Below are positions 9,249 to 19,362 of a stretch of 64,000 nucleotides of DNA, piece by piece; the first letter of the stretch is position 1; each line of letters begins with the position of its first letter. Origin of the DNA: a virus. The position numbers and the translations under genes are program-made. Where the stretch lies: positions 1 to 64,000 of IMG/VR virus record IMGVR_UViG_3300011335_000809. The stretch is one strand, 5' to 3'. Under the pieces are notes generated by a model. That model searched no databases, was not told the DNA's origin, and worked only from the letters and a program-made list of their open reading frames with translations.

Positions 9249-12200
9249 TTAAATATATACCACTTTACTAAACCCATTCTCTTTTTTTATTTCTACTTGA
9301 TTGTCAACCATATCACGCATTTGATCCAAATGACTAATTACCCAAATAAAATCAAATTGATGTTTTAAATAGTTAAATAACGCTCCCATTTGACCCAGAT
9401 GATCACTGTCAGCGCATCCGAAACCTTCATCGATACAAATGATATTTGGTCTTGGTAAATTGCTAATATTAATCAGCGCGACTCTAATGGCTAGACCACT
9501 CACAAACTTCTCCATACCACTAGCCATTTCAAGAGGCCACTGACGGTCATCATATACGATATTAGTCATAATGTTTTTACCGTCAGTTTGAAGTGTAATT
9601 GTAAATTCTACCAACTGTTGAAGAATGTTGTTAACTTCTTTTTCAATTTCTGGTAGAGTTTTAGTTATGATTTCATATGGAATGCCATCACGACTAACAA
9701 CGGTTGTGTAATGTTTAAAAGCTTCATAACTAGATTCAAGTTCTTTTACTTTTTGTAACTGATCGGTTATATTTTGATATTGTAATTCAAGTCTTCCTTT
9801 TTCAGTAGAAGACGAAAACAACTTTGAATTAATAGACTTAATATTTGAGTCAAGATTTTTAATTACATCTTTTTGAACACCAATTTCTTTCAATGTGGTA
9901 TTGTTATTTTCAATAATATCTTTATTTGTATAAAATATATTGATATTATCAGTTACAATTTTGACCTTAGCTTGAATTTTAATTAGATCATTTTCCAATT
10001 TAAGAATTGTATTCGAAATTATACTTTTATTTTTGTCAAAATTTACTTTTTCTAGATTTATCTTCTGACATTCTTTAAATTTGGATTCCACGTCGCCACA
10101 CCCATCCAAATCCAACTTTAGTGCATTATATTCATCAAAGATAATTTTGGCCTTAGACTTATCATTGTCCAATTCAGCTTTAACTTTAATTGCATCTTTT
10201 ACGAATACGTTATTAACACAATATGAACAATTTGGATCGTATTTATGATCCTCTAATTTTTTTAGTTTGTCCATTTTGTTTTTTACAACGATCTTGAGAT
10301 TATTCAATTCATTAGTTTTATTATCAAAATTTTGTTTTACCTGTTTGTATCGATCATAATCTTGATCAATATCTTCACAGTTTGATAGTGATGAAGATAA
10401 TGTTGAGATCTTTACTTCAATATCTTTCAATTTATCTTTTTGATTTTTGATATTACCATTGGTTTGTTCAATCTGACTTTCAATGTTTATCTTATCACTT
10501 TCTAAATCTGAAATATTAAAATCAAAACTTACTGTTTTGGTAATGTTATTAGATAATTCCAACAACGCATTGTTATGCGTCTCTTTCAAGAGCTCTTGAT
10601 TCTTTATTTCATCATTATACTCTGTGATTTTAGTATTATTATAATCTATACTACCAGATACAACTTCTAACTCCTGAATAAGTTGATCTTTGCTTATATT
10701 CTTTAATAATGTATTTGTTTCTTTAAACTTATCGTTTGCAATCGTATAAAGTTGATCAAATACATCTAATCCCATAAACTGACACAAAAGATCTTTACGT
10801 TCTGTTTGGCCCAAATCGATAAATGATCCAGCTTTGCTATTTTGAATACTCAGTACAGTAAGAATAAAGTCTTCATACGTACCAACATAATCTCTAATGA
10901 TGTCATTGGTACTACGCCGAGCTTCTCCGTTCAAAGGAGACTCATTTCCATTCTCCATCTTATAGAATTTAACTTCTACTTTAACATTTCCTTTTTTATC
11001 AGCCTTACCTTCACGTTGGATAAAATAATCAATTCCGTTTACTTCAAAATTAAACTTACAACGAAAACTCATTTTTTGAGTATTCAATACGTGAACCGCT
11101 TTGTACCCTTTACTGAATTTATCAAAAATACAAAACGCCAAAGCATCCATAATACTTGATTTACCACTAGCATTTGGTGCAAATAGTCCAATGGTACCAT
11201 TCAATTTAGCAAAATCAATTACATTTCCTTCGCCGTAACTAAACATATTATCAAACTCAAATTTCTTTGGTTTCCATCGAATGTTCTTGGGTGCTTTATC
11301 TTTGGGTACTTCTTTATTGATGGTCTTATTGAGATCCTTTACCATCTCAATTACAGATTTATCAATGTTTTTAGATATCAAATTATCTTCAATTAACTTG
11401 TTTTGATAATCAACGTCAAAAATGTTATGTATATCAAATGATTTACCTGAATTTAAATTTATATCGTTTAACGAGTCATCTGCTCTAACATATGTAGTTT
11501 CAACGAGAGTGGATTTACTCTTGAGATCATTTACAACCTCTTTTAACTGTGACGGAATAGATTCACGACAAATGATTCGAATAGTAACTTTTTTAGGAAT
11601 ATCAGAAATATCGGTGATTAACTTGCCTTTATCTACTTCAACCGTATAATACCCATATTCATTTACAAGTTCATAATGTTTATAAATCTTATGCTTTAGA
11701 TCCCACATAAGGAATCCGTGACCCTTAAGGTCTTCACCATGATTCTGTTGAATCATAGATCCAGCATATACAATAACGGGCAATGATTCATTTTCGTCAT
11801 ACTCTTGCAACATTTGATGCTTATGAATATCACCGAGCATTGCGATATGATGTCCATTAAATGTTTCATTTGTGACGGATCTATTATTAACAGTATAACC
11901 AATGTCGGTTACAGCATTGTATACTGGTCCGTGAAACAAAGCGATGTGGTGATCAGTTTCGTCACGATATTTAGTTGGAATGTCCTCATATTTAACATAT
12001 TTTTCAGGCGCATCCCAATCAAAAACACTGAGATTATTAAACAAAATGTTTTCGTAACGATAAACATCTGTCTTTTTTAGATAATATAAATTGGGATGAT
12101 TTAATGCATCAACAATTGGCGTAATACAATCCAATCTGGATTTATTAGCAAGAGTAGCATCATGATTTCCAGCTGTCAAAATTACAGGAACTCTATCAGC

Positions 12201-12440
12201 ACAACTTTTTAGAAAATCACTTCCTAGTTTGACGCACTCAGGACTTAGATCAGATTTATTGTGAAATAAATCTCCAGCAATTACCAGAATAGCGTCTAGT
12301 GTTTTTGCTTTGTCCAATGCTTTATAAAGCTTTTCAAATACCAAAGTATATTCATCGTGGCGTTTTGTTAAACGAATATGAATATCAGCAATATGAATCA
12401 CTGAATTAATTTTTTTATCCGTGCTTTTTAATACAATCAT
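9249..12440 (-). CDS. Fused SbcD/Mre11 nuclease - SbcC/Rad50 ATPase (gp47-gp46-like)
   Basis: DIH, GDLFH, GNHD, GDIH, YAGS phosphoesterase motifs; Walker A NASGKSS; coiled coil with CSYC zinc hook; ASGMEK signature; IDEGFG; ISH. Confidence 0.92.
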   Translation of the reverse strand: MIVLKSTDKKINSVIHIADIHIRLTKRHDEYTLVFEKLYKALDKAKTLDAILVIAGDLFHNKSDLSPECVKLGSDFLKSCADRVPVILTAGNHDATLANKSRLDCITPIVDALNHPNLYYLKKTDVYRYENILFNNLSVFDWDAPEKYVKYEDIPTKYRDETDHHIALFHGPVYNAVTDIGYTVNNRSVTNETFNGHHIAMLGDIHKHQMLQEYDENESLPVIVYAGSMIQQNHGEDLKGHGFLMWDLKHKIYKHYELVNEYGYYTVEVDKGKLITDISDIPKKVTIRIICRESIPSQLKEVVNDLKSKSTLVETTYVRADDSLNDINLNSGKSFDIHNIFDVDYQNKLIEDNLISKNIDKSVIEMVKDLNKTINKEVPKDKAPKNIRWKPKKFEFDNMFSYGEGNVIDFAKLNGTIGLFAPNASGKSSIMDALAFCIFDKFSKGYKAVHVLNTQKMSFRCKFNFEVNGIDYFIQREGKADKKGNVKVEVKFYKMENGNESPLNGEARRSTNDIIRDYVGTYEDFILTVLSIQNSKAGSFIDLGQTERKDLLCQFMGLDVFDQLYTIANDKFKETNTLLKNISKDQLIQELEVVSGSIDYNNTKITEYNDEIKNQELLKETHNNALLELSNNITKTVSFDFNISDLESDKINIESQIEQTNGNIKNQKDKLKDIEVKISTLSSSLSNCEDIDQDYDRYKQVKQNFDNKTNELNNLKIVVKNKMDKLKKLEDHKYDPNCSYCVNNVFVKDAIKVKAELDNDKSKAKIIFDEYNALKLDLDGCGDVESKFKECQKINLEKVNFDKNKSIISNTILKLENDLIKIQAKVKIVTDNINIFYTNKDIIENNNTTLKEIGVQKDVIKNLDSNIKSINSKLFSSSTEKGRLELQYQNITDQLQKVKELESSYEAFKHYTTVVSRDGIPYEIITKTLPEIEKEVNNILQQLVEFTITLQTDGKNIMTNIVYDDRQWPLEMASGMEKFVSGLAIRVALINISNLPRPNIICIDEGFGCADSDHLGQMGALFNYLKHQFDFIWVISHLDQMRDMVDNQVEIKKENGFSKVVYI

Positions 12441-13348
12441 AGTTTAACCATTAATTTAAATTTGTACAGTAGACTCTCATCCATTCTAACACCGCTGTGT
12501 ATGGTTTGCCAAGTCTTTTCGTGACCTAATTCATTTGGATCCTTACCATCAGGTCGAATCAGATAAGTTTCTATATTATTCTCAAGTAAAAAATCACAAA
12601 TTCTCAGACTTGATGTTAATGCATCGTTATCCAAAAGTACATTTACTCTGGGTGGTTTATTTTCTATCAACTTCATTCTGAGTGTTTTGGATAAAGTTTT
12701 ACCAAAAAGAGGTATCGCATTATATTTTACAGACATAGCATCAAATACGCCTTCAACCAATGTAATCGGTTGATTAAAATCTGTAAATAACTCAAATCCT
12801 ATAATATCCTTGCTACCGTCACACAATCTATATTTTAAATACCCATCACAAAATGATCTACCACAATAAAAGTTAAGTTTTCCTGTCGAGTCATACGATG
12901 GTACAATAATCCTATTGACAAATGCGCCACTATTACAATAGCCAATATTATATCTAACTATATCAAGTGTAGTTATGTTTCGATTTAAACAATAACTCAA
13001 AGCACGTTTATATTCAATGTCACTATTTGATTTACATAAAGGTTTAAACTCATCTGGTAAATTTAATATCTTTTTTTCTTCTTTTACTACAACGTTATTT
13101 CGTTTTGGTGCATCTTTACATAAAATATCATAATATTCTTTAGATGCTTTTACTTTTTTAAGAAGACTATAAAAACTTTTTCCGCTAAAATTACACACCC
13201 AACATTGATAAAACCCAGTTTTGGTGTTTATATTTAACTTCCGTTTATGATGTTTGCAGTTGGGACAAAAAACAAGAATTTCTTCACCTCCCTTTTGGAC
13301 GTGAACTTTTTGTTTAAATAATCTTGATAGAGTGTCAACCACAGTCAT
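12437..13348 (-). CDS. DNA primase (zinc finger + TOPRIM)
   Basis: CPNC...CWVC zinc finger, RIIVP, LVEGVFDA, LDND, KDPNE. Confidence 0.88.
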   Translation of the reverse strand: MTVVDTLSRLFKQKVHVQKGGEEILVFCPNCKHHKRKLNINTKTGFYQCWVCNFSGKSFYSLLKKVKASKEYYDILCKDAPKRNNVVVKEEKKILNLPDEFKPLCKSNSDIEYKRALSYCLNRNITTLDIVRYNIGYCNSGAFVNRIIVPSYDSTGKLNFYCGRSFCDGYLKYRLCDGSKDIIGFELFTDFNQPITLVEGVFDAMSVKYNAIPLFGKTLSKTLRMKLIENKPPRVNVLLDNDALTSSLRICDFLLENNIETYLIRPDGKDPNELGHEKTWQTIHSGVRMDESLLYKFKLMVKL

Positions 13349-13377
13349 TTTAAACACTATAACACATATTCTGTAAT

Positions 13378-13890
13378 CTACAACTTTTTATATAAAGAAC
13401 AAACTATACCATCGTACATATCGCCGTTTCGTTCATCCCAATTACCTTTTTTATTTAATACTGTAAATTTGGTAATATCGGGTAATATCTTTTCAAGTTC
13501 TATTTTCACAAAGTCTTTTGATTTAACACCTTTAATTCTACACTTACCAAACAACTGTTTGCGCATAGTATTAACTGATAATAGATTTACCTTGACTTTA
13601 AAGTGTTCTTCAATAATGTAAGCAAACACTGCATTGTGTCTGGCTAATGTGATTATAACTTGTTGTGATGTGAATCCGCCAGCAAATCCACTAAGAGCAG
13701 CTTCTAAATTAATGGCAGTGACATCTTTGATTAACTGATTCTTTTCCAATTCAGATATAACAAAATAAGTTTTTTCTTTCGTCATTTCAAACTTTTTGGT
13801 ATCAATATAACCAGCATCCAAGACTTTACCGTCTTTACTAAATGCCCAACCTGTAACTGATGTAGATGAATCTAAACCTAATATAACCAT
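13378..13890 (-). CDS. RuvC-like Holliday junction resolvase
   Basis: ILGLDSSTSVTGW, INLE, DMYDG RNase H-fold acidic motifs. Confidence 0.8.
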   Translation of the reverse strand: MVILGLDSSTSVTGWAFSKDGKVLDAGYIDTKKFEMTKEKTYFVISELEKNQLIKDVTAINLEAALSGFAGGFTSQQVIITLARHNAVFAYIIEEHFKVKVNLLSVNTMRKQLFGKCRIKGVKSKDFVKIELEKILPDITKFTVLNKKGNWDERNGDMYDGIVCSLYKKL

Positions 13891-13902
13891 TTAAAATACA
13901 TA

Positions 13903-14211
13903 TCAACGAAAATATCGTTTCGTATTAAATCCTGGTAAAGTATCGGAGTAATTCAACGCTGTCGTGTTGAAATTTTCTTCTTGATTATCGACGGATGTAA
14001 GAAATCCTGGATTAACTGTATATTTACGAGATTTTTGTGAATAACCCATCGATCCTTGTAATCCATCCAACATAGTACCACCTGGTATAAATCTGGTAGC
14101 TTTATATGCATTAAACGCGCCACCAGCTTTTTGTTTGGCTAGAAATCTAGCTTCCAAGTTGGTCTTTAATGATTCACGGTCAATTACTTTTGCGTCTGGT
14201 GATGTTGCCAT
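13903..14211 (-). CDS. Hypothetical protein
   Basis: 102-aa ORF in operon context, TATTTATT motif upstream. Confidence 0.7.
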   Translation of the reverse strand: MATSPDAKVIDRESLKTNLEARFLAKQKAGGAFNAYKATRFIPGGTMLDGLQGSMGYSQKSRKYTVNPGFLTSVDNQEENFNTTALNYSDTLPGFNTKRYFR

Positions 14212-14240
14212 ATATTTGTTCTATTATATAATAAATATAA

Positions 14241-16817
14241 TTAAGTGTCCCATTTAACAGAAATATTTATCGGAATTTCACCCGTATTTTTAATTGGTTG
14301 TGCTAATTTAGCCACTGCGACCAAGTCACATCCACTGTATAATCCAACTGTGGTTATATATGGCGCTAAGTAAGATCCGGTTGGATCGACCGATGAACTA
14401 TATTGATAATCGAAAAATGGTTGTTTGACATAATTCTTAATTGATTTGCCTGTTTGATTATCTAAGAATCTAACGATGTCATCGTAATTATTACGATTAC
14501 TTAATGTAGTCAAATAAGATTTATAGTTAGTGAAATTTAATTTTTCGATGAAATACTTCCACATCATTTTGCCATCATTAATATCCACCTTACCATTACT
14601 GTCTATGTCCAAATTCTTATCCGCCAATATATTTTTTAAAGTTGGCGTTAATAGATTCGTATTGTAGTCTATATAAGATGAAGTATAGAACCCAAAGATG
14701 TTTTGTTCTATATCATTGGATATCATATTCAAATACCATTTTTCAGAACCCGGAGTAACATTCTTATAATTTATATATCTCAAAATTATATCCAAATTTT
14801 CAAAATTAAATGTATTCTTATTAAATACACAGTAATTTATAAGAGACGATGTTGTAGATGTAGGATTAGTGGATATATTAAATTCACCAGGCATTACTGT
14901 ACAAATATATTGTTTTTCATAAGATGTTATGAGTGTTCTGTAATCCATATACAATGACGGTTGATTTGGATCGACAGGATCTCTTGTTAACAAATTCAAT
15001 GTACTGCCTGTATTATTCAAAATCAAACTATTATTGTTATAAAAAATATTGCCAACTGGATAATTTGTCTTTAAGTCCGAACTATCGTATATATAAACTT
15101 TACCAACTATATCAGTATATGTTTCTGTCTCCATTTGCAAAGCAATTTTTGTTTCGACACTACCACTGGCATAAACCGTATCTTCTATTTGAAAATATAT
15201 AACATCAGACGATTCAGTGCAATTCTCAGGATTAAATGATGATGTATTTACATAACTCGGATCACTATAACTACCTGATTCAGTTATCAATGGAATGCTT
15301 AAATATAAATCGTCGTTTAATGGAATAGGAGATCCAACTATTAAATTTGGTTCTGATAAAGCTACTGAATATCCAAACCCACTAAATGGTTTATTATACT
15401 CTTTTCTTTTAGCGATGGGATCTGTAGTAATCTGTGTTACAATAGAATTACTAACATTATAATATAAACATTGACCGCAATAACTTGATTCTCCATAATC
15501 ATTTACATCATAGAATTTATCGTAATATTTAACCGAACTAGAAATATAAAGCGAGCTAAATGGGAAATATGGTTTAGGTGAACCAATTAACACTTTATTA
15601 TTGTGAGTTGAAACTGAATATCCCATCATATTATCTTTGAAGGTTATTTCATCGCCATAAAGTTTTTTAATAAAAAGGTACTGATTGGATCCTGTTGGAC
15701 ACAATCCGTTTTCATAAATATAAGTCGCTCCTCTTTGTCTCAGTGTCGTAGATCCTGAATATTCGTAGTATAGAAGATCATTAGGTGAACCCACTGTTAA
15801 AACGTTTTTATGTATGGATACAGAATAACCAAATCTATTTTTTTTCTGAGCAGCCGACAAACTTCCTGATGGGTATAAATCAAATTCAAATCCATCCAAT
15901 TTCAAATATTCAGATCCTGTTATATTTTGGAATCTCTGAGATAACCGCCAACCGCCGGATCCAGATGTAAATAAAAATACCTTGCTAGCTGATACTTGGT
16001 TAGATCCAACTACTAACTTATCTTCATTGTATTTGTCTAGACACACACTGAAACCAAACGACGATTGATGTGGGTCTAAAGTAAGACTACTACTTAATGT
16101 TTGTACCAAATTGTAGTTATTATTTACATTCTTAAAGACATAAACACGTCCTCTACCATTATTATAGCCAGGCGCACCTACCGCTAAATAATTGTTTGAA
16201 ATACTAACAGATTTGCCAAATTGAGAATTTATGGATGATGTTAAATAAGCAATTGGAGTTGAGCTTATTTGATAAGTACTTGTGGTTTCTTTAATGAACT
16301 CAGTAGACTTAGCCGTTATACGTCCGTTTTCATATATATAATTTGGGTCTATTTCGTATATATTTACTTGATTTTGTGTGAAGAAATTTTTAGTATCGAT
16401 ACTTTGACTTAGTGAAATATCACTTGCTGCGAGGAAATAGTCACTAACATCCAACGATTCTCCATATTTGCTTTGATAAACAAATTTAGTATTATTTTCA
16501 ATTGTTAAATAACTACAGGATGAATTTATATTTGGTAAACTACCACTATTAGCAATTAAAGAACTTGTATTTACCGTACTACTACTTTGTTCAGTATAAT
16601 ATGGGGTCAACAAATTTAAATTTTCGTTGACTAAAGTTTTAATTACTTTGTAATTTGATTCAAATTGATTTTTACGAATTAAAAATATTTGACCTTTACG
16701 GGAAAATCCCTCTGAGTAATCCCAGTTTTTAGTTGGAGGATTTCCTATTGCTATTATAGTGCCATTAGTAGCAACGGAGGTTCCATATCGTTCGTTATAT
16801 ATGTTAATTAAACTCAT
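14241..16817 (-). CDS. Virion protein with FG-GAP/beta-propeller-like repeats, EF-hand/dockerin-like loop and tail-collar-like C-terminus
   Basis: Repeated FGxSVS...LAVGAP; DIDSNGKVDIND; C-term YITTVGLY...LVAVAKLAQPI. Confidence 0.7.
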   Translation of the reverse strand: MSLINIYNERYGTSVATNGTIIAIGNPPTKNWDYSEGFSRKGQIFLIRKNQFESNYKVIKTLVNENLNLLTPYYTEQSSSTVNTSSLIANSGSLPNINSSCSYLTIENNTKFVYQSKYGESLDVSDYFLAASDISLSQSIDTKNFFTQNQVNIYEIDPNYIYENGRITAKSTEFIKETTSTYQISSTPIAYLTSSINSQFGKSVSISNNYLAVGAPGYNNGRGRVYVFKNVNNNYNLVQTLSSSLTLDPHQSSFGFSVCLDKYNEDKLVVGSNQVSASKVFLFTSGSGGWRLSQRFQNITGSEYLKLDGFEFDLYPSGSLSAAQKKNRFGYSVSIHKNVLTVGSPNDLLYYEYSGSTTLRQRGATYIYENGLCPTGSNQYLFIKKLYGDEITFKDNMMGYSVSTHNNKVLIGSPKPYFPFSSLYISSSVKYYDKFYDVNDYGESSYCGQCLYYNVSNSIVTQITTDPIAKRKEYNKPFSGFGYSVALSEPNLIVGSPIPLNDDLYLSIPLITESGSYSDPSYVNTSSFNPENCTESSDVIYFQIEDTVYASGSVETKIALQMETETYTDIVGKVYIYDSSDLKTNYPVGNIFYNNNSLILNNTGSTLNLLTRDPVDPNQPSLYMDYRTLITSYEKQYICTVMPGEFNISTNPTSTTSSLINYCVFNKNTFNFENLDIILRYINYKNVTPGSEKWYLNMISNDIEQNIFGFYTSSYIDYNTNLLTPTLKNILADKNLDIDSNGKVDINDGKMMWKYFIEKLNFTNYKSYLTTLSNRNNYDDIVRFLDNQTGKSIKNYVKQPFFDYQYSSSVDPTGSYLAPYITTVGLYSGCDLVAVAKLAQPIKNTGEIPINISVKWDT

Positions 16818-16818
16818 A

Positions 16819-17517
16819 CTATGTATTCAATAAATAATAACCCAAACCATAAGTACCTTGGTTTTCTACAGTATCTTCATTTCCGGTGGTAAATTCGTAA
16901 CTATTAATGAAATGAGTTCCACCTAATATTAAATTGTGATTACCATCGTCTAATATGTTGGAAACAATATCTCCTGATTGATTATATATCACAACTGAAT
17001 TTCTTTTAATGCCGTCGCCTGTTTGAGAAACGGACAATCTATACAACGAAAAATCATTGGTTAAATCTAATTTAGTGCGTTGGTGATCATAATCGTCAAA
17101 TCCAAACACATTGTAACTATTGTTGTAATTATTATAATACATTTTATTTATTGTATTATAAATTTGACCTTTATAAGTTCCATTAATATTTACAGGATTA
17201 ACTGTTGGATTCCAATTGGCACTTGACGATGGATAAAAAATAGAACTTGAATTTACATATTTACCAACTGAAAAATCAATTTGTGAGGATTCCTCAAATT
17301 GCGTAATTGCTAAATATACATTATTTACTGTAACTCCCTCACAACTTCCTGATTTATTGTTGTCGCACGTAATATAAGACAATTGTATAGGAAATATACC
17401 ATCATCAGTACCATCTGTACCAGAAATAAGATTATTTAAAACGTTATTAAACGTCTTTTCTTTAGAAACAGTAAATCTTGTTACTAGTACGTCTTGTGTT
17501 TTAAAAAATTTGATCAT
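16819..17517 (-). CDS. Putative virion structural protein
   Basis: 232-aa ORF within baseplate cluster; late-type motif upstream. Confidence 0.6.
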   Translation of the reverse strand: MIKFFKTQDVLVTRFTVSKEKTFNNVLNNLISGTDGTDDGIFPIQLSYITCDNNKSGSCEGVTVNNVYLAITQFEESSQIDFSVGKYVNSSSIFYPSSSANWNPTVNPVNINGTYKGQIYNTINKMYYNNYNNSYNVFGFDDYDHQRTKLDLTNDFSLYRLSVSQTGDGIKRNSVVIYNQSGDIVSNILDDGNHNLILGGTHFINSYEFTTGNEDTVENQGTYGLGYYLLNT

Positions 17518-17553
17518 TCTATTATAAATAGAATAAAAACAAACTATTATATA

Positions 17554-18672
17554 TTAGAAATCAATCCGCACCTTAATCAATAATTCGTTATCAAAAGATT
17601 TCATTGTAGGCTGACTAATTTTACCAATTGCCAATAATTCATTGTTATCATTATACAAACCGACAGAGGTAATATAGGTTCTTGGGTTATTGATCAAATC
17701 TTGATAAATAATAGTTCCTTTAGTCAAACCATCATTTCCATCGGAAACAAAAGTTGGATTATTACTATAATTAAATTCTTTATTTTTTACACGAATAAAG
17801 TAATTTGTAGACGGTACAAATTCAGATTTTCTGACTCCCATCGTTGATTTGGATCTTCTAAGAGCATTATAAAAATCTCTTGTCCACACTTTCCAATATC
17901 CACTTCGATTTGTAGAAGTTACGCTATTAGAATAATTAGCTCTATTTAAAATTTGTTGTCCGGATGTAATGCCAACATATTTGTCTAAATTTATCGCATT
18001 AAATACGATGACTCCGTTTGATGGATATACCAACCCTATACCAGCATAAACCGGTGATCCATTTTTTAAATAAGGCGTAGCAATTCCATTTTTAATTGAT
18101 CCTGAAATTAAGTTATATGAATTTTGTTGTTTATTCACCACCTGTGAATCGTCAATAAATGTAAATTTCTTAGGACCAACTGATCCACTAAAAGAAATTT
18201 GTATTTGACCCGCGTCTATTTGATCTTTAAATTTGTCAGCGGCATAATTTATCACATAAATAGCCGCACTATCAACGATATTATCTACGCTTCCAGATGC
18301 AAAACTGAAAAGAGTATCGCCTGGTTGTAAAAGCGTATTTCTATATTGAGAATAGATGACTTTTGATTCGTTCGTCAATACCGGAGACGAATAAGTGGTG
18401 ATATCGAATAGTGAACTACCGCTGTTTACATAATCGCCATATGCTATATCAAAATATAAATCTCCACCTGAGTAGATATCAAGATAATATTGACCGTTTC
18501 TTACATCATATGGGCTAGAACCTGTAAGTTGATTAGCTTGACCAGTAACACCTGATTGTGTTACAAACGTAGATTGACTAACAAATAAACTGCCAGTTCC
18601 AAATAAACCAGAAGATACTTGATTTATTCTACCCACCACGATGTCGTCATTATTAAATTTATTAAATATCAT
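17554..18672 (-). CDS. Putative baseplate/virion structural protein
   Basis: C-term YITSVGLYNDNNELLAIGKISQP paralogous to the C-term of 14241-16817. Confidence 0.65.
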   Translation of the reverse strand: MIFNKFNNDDIVVGRINQVSSGLFGTGSLFVSQSTFVTQSGVTGQANQLTGSSPYDVRNGQYYLDIYSGGDLYFDIAYGDYVNSGSSLFDITTYSSPVLTNESKVIYSQYRNTLLQPGDTLFSFASGSVDNIVDSAAIYVINYAADKFKDQIDAGQIQISFSGSVGPKKFTFIDDSQVVNKQQNSYNLISGSIKNGIATPYLKNGSPVYAGIGLVYPSNGVIVFNAINLDKYVGITSGQQILNRANYSNSVTSTNRSGYWKVWTRDFYNALRRSKSTMGVRKSEFVPSTNYFIRVKNKEFNYSNNPTFVSDGNDGLTKGTIIYQDLINNPRTYITSVGLYNDNNELLAIGKISQPTMKSFDNELLIKVRIDF

Positions 18673-18674
18673 AA

Positions 18675-19316
18675 TTATGTTGTTGTTGGAACTTTAACTG
18701 TCACTGTAATGGATGTATTACCACCACTTTCATTGCCGATAATTGTAATATTTGTGGTTGTGGTTTTAGACAAACCAGCATTTGGGACAAATCTAAATTT
18801 GTTACCTACTACTACTTGAGAAGTTTGTGACGTTAAATCTCCTGAAAAAGTAGGAATTGTTGCACTGGTTGAATTTAAACTATTTGTTTCGGTTACAACT
18901 AAAGTACCAACGTTTTTATTTGCCAAAATTGCTGTATATCCAAGAGTAACATTGTAAGTTGGGTTTGTACTGGGACTAATTAAAATCTCCCCGGTGTAAT
19001 CTCTATCTACAGGAATTACACTTTGAGCTACACTTATAGTTGGTACAGATGTTATTCCGTCATTCAAAGTTACTAACTTATACTTCATTGACTGTGACTC
19101 ATCTGTAATCGGTTCCATAATAGGAGTATTGCGAATTGCTATATCGTAATATGCACTGCCTAATGGATGATTTGGATTAAACTGGGTGTAATCAATTTCA
19201 TCATCAGCCAAAGCAAAGGCTGTAATGTTTAATCCACCCGTTTTTGCGAGGATTTCTCTTCCCTTTTTAGTCAATACAGCATTCACTGTAAGAATGTTGT
19301 TATTTAAATATGCCAT
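18675..19316 (-). CDS. Putative baseplate/tail-collar-like structural protein
   Basis: N-term AVLTKKGREILA...ITAFALADDEIDY typical of myovirus baseplate/fibre-attachment proteins. Confidence 0.65.
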   Translation of the reverse strand: MAYLNNNILTVNAVLTKKGREILAKTGGLNITAFALADDEIDYTQFNPNHPLGSAYYDIAIRNTPIMEPITDESQSMKYKLVTLNDGITSVPTISVAQSVIPVDRDYTGEILISPSTNPTYNVTLGYTAILANKNVGTLVVTETNSLNSTSATIPTFSGDLTSQTSQVVVGNKFRFVPNAGLSKTTTTNITIIGNESGGNTSITVTVKVPTTT

Positions 19317-19362
19317 ATATAATAATTATTGATAAGTTTTAATTTTTACTCAAAAATATGAA

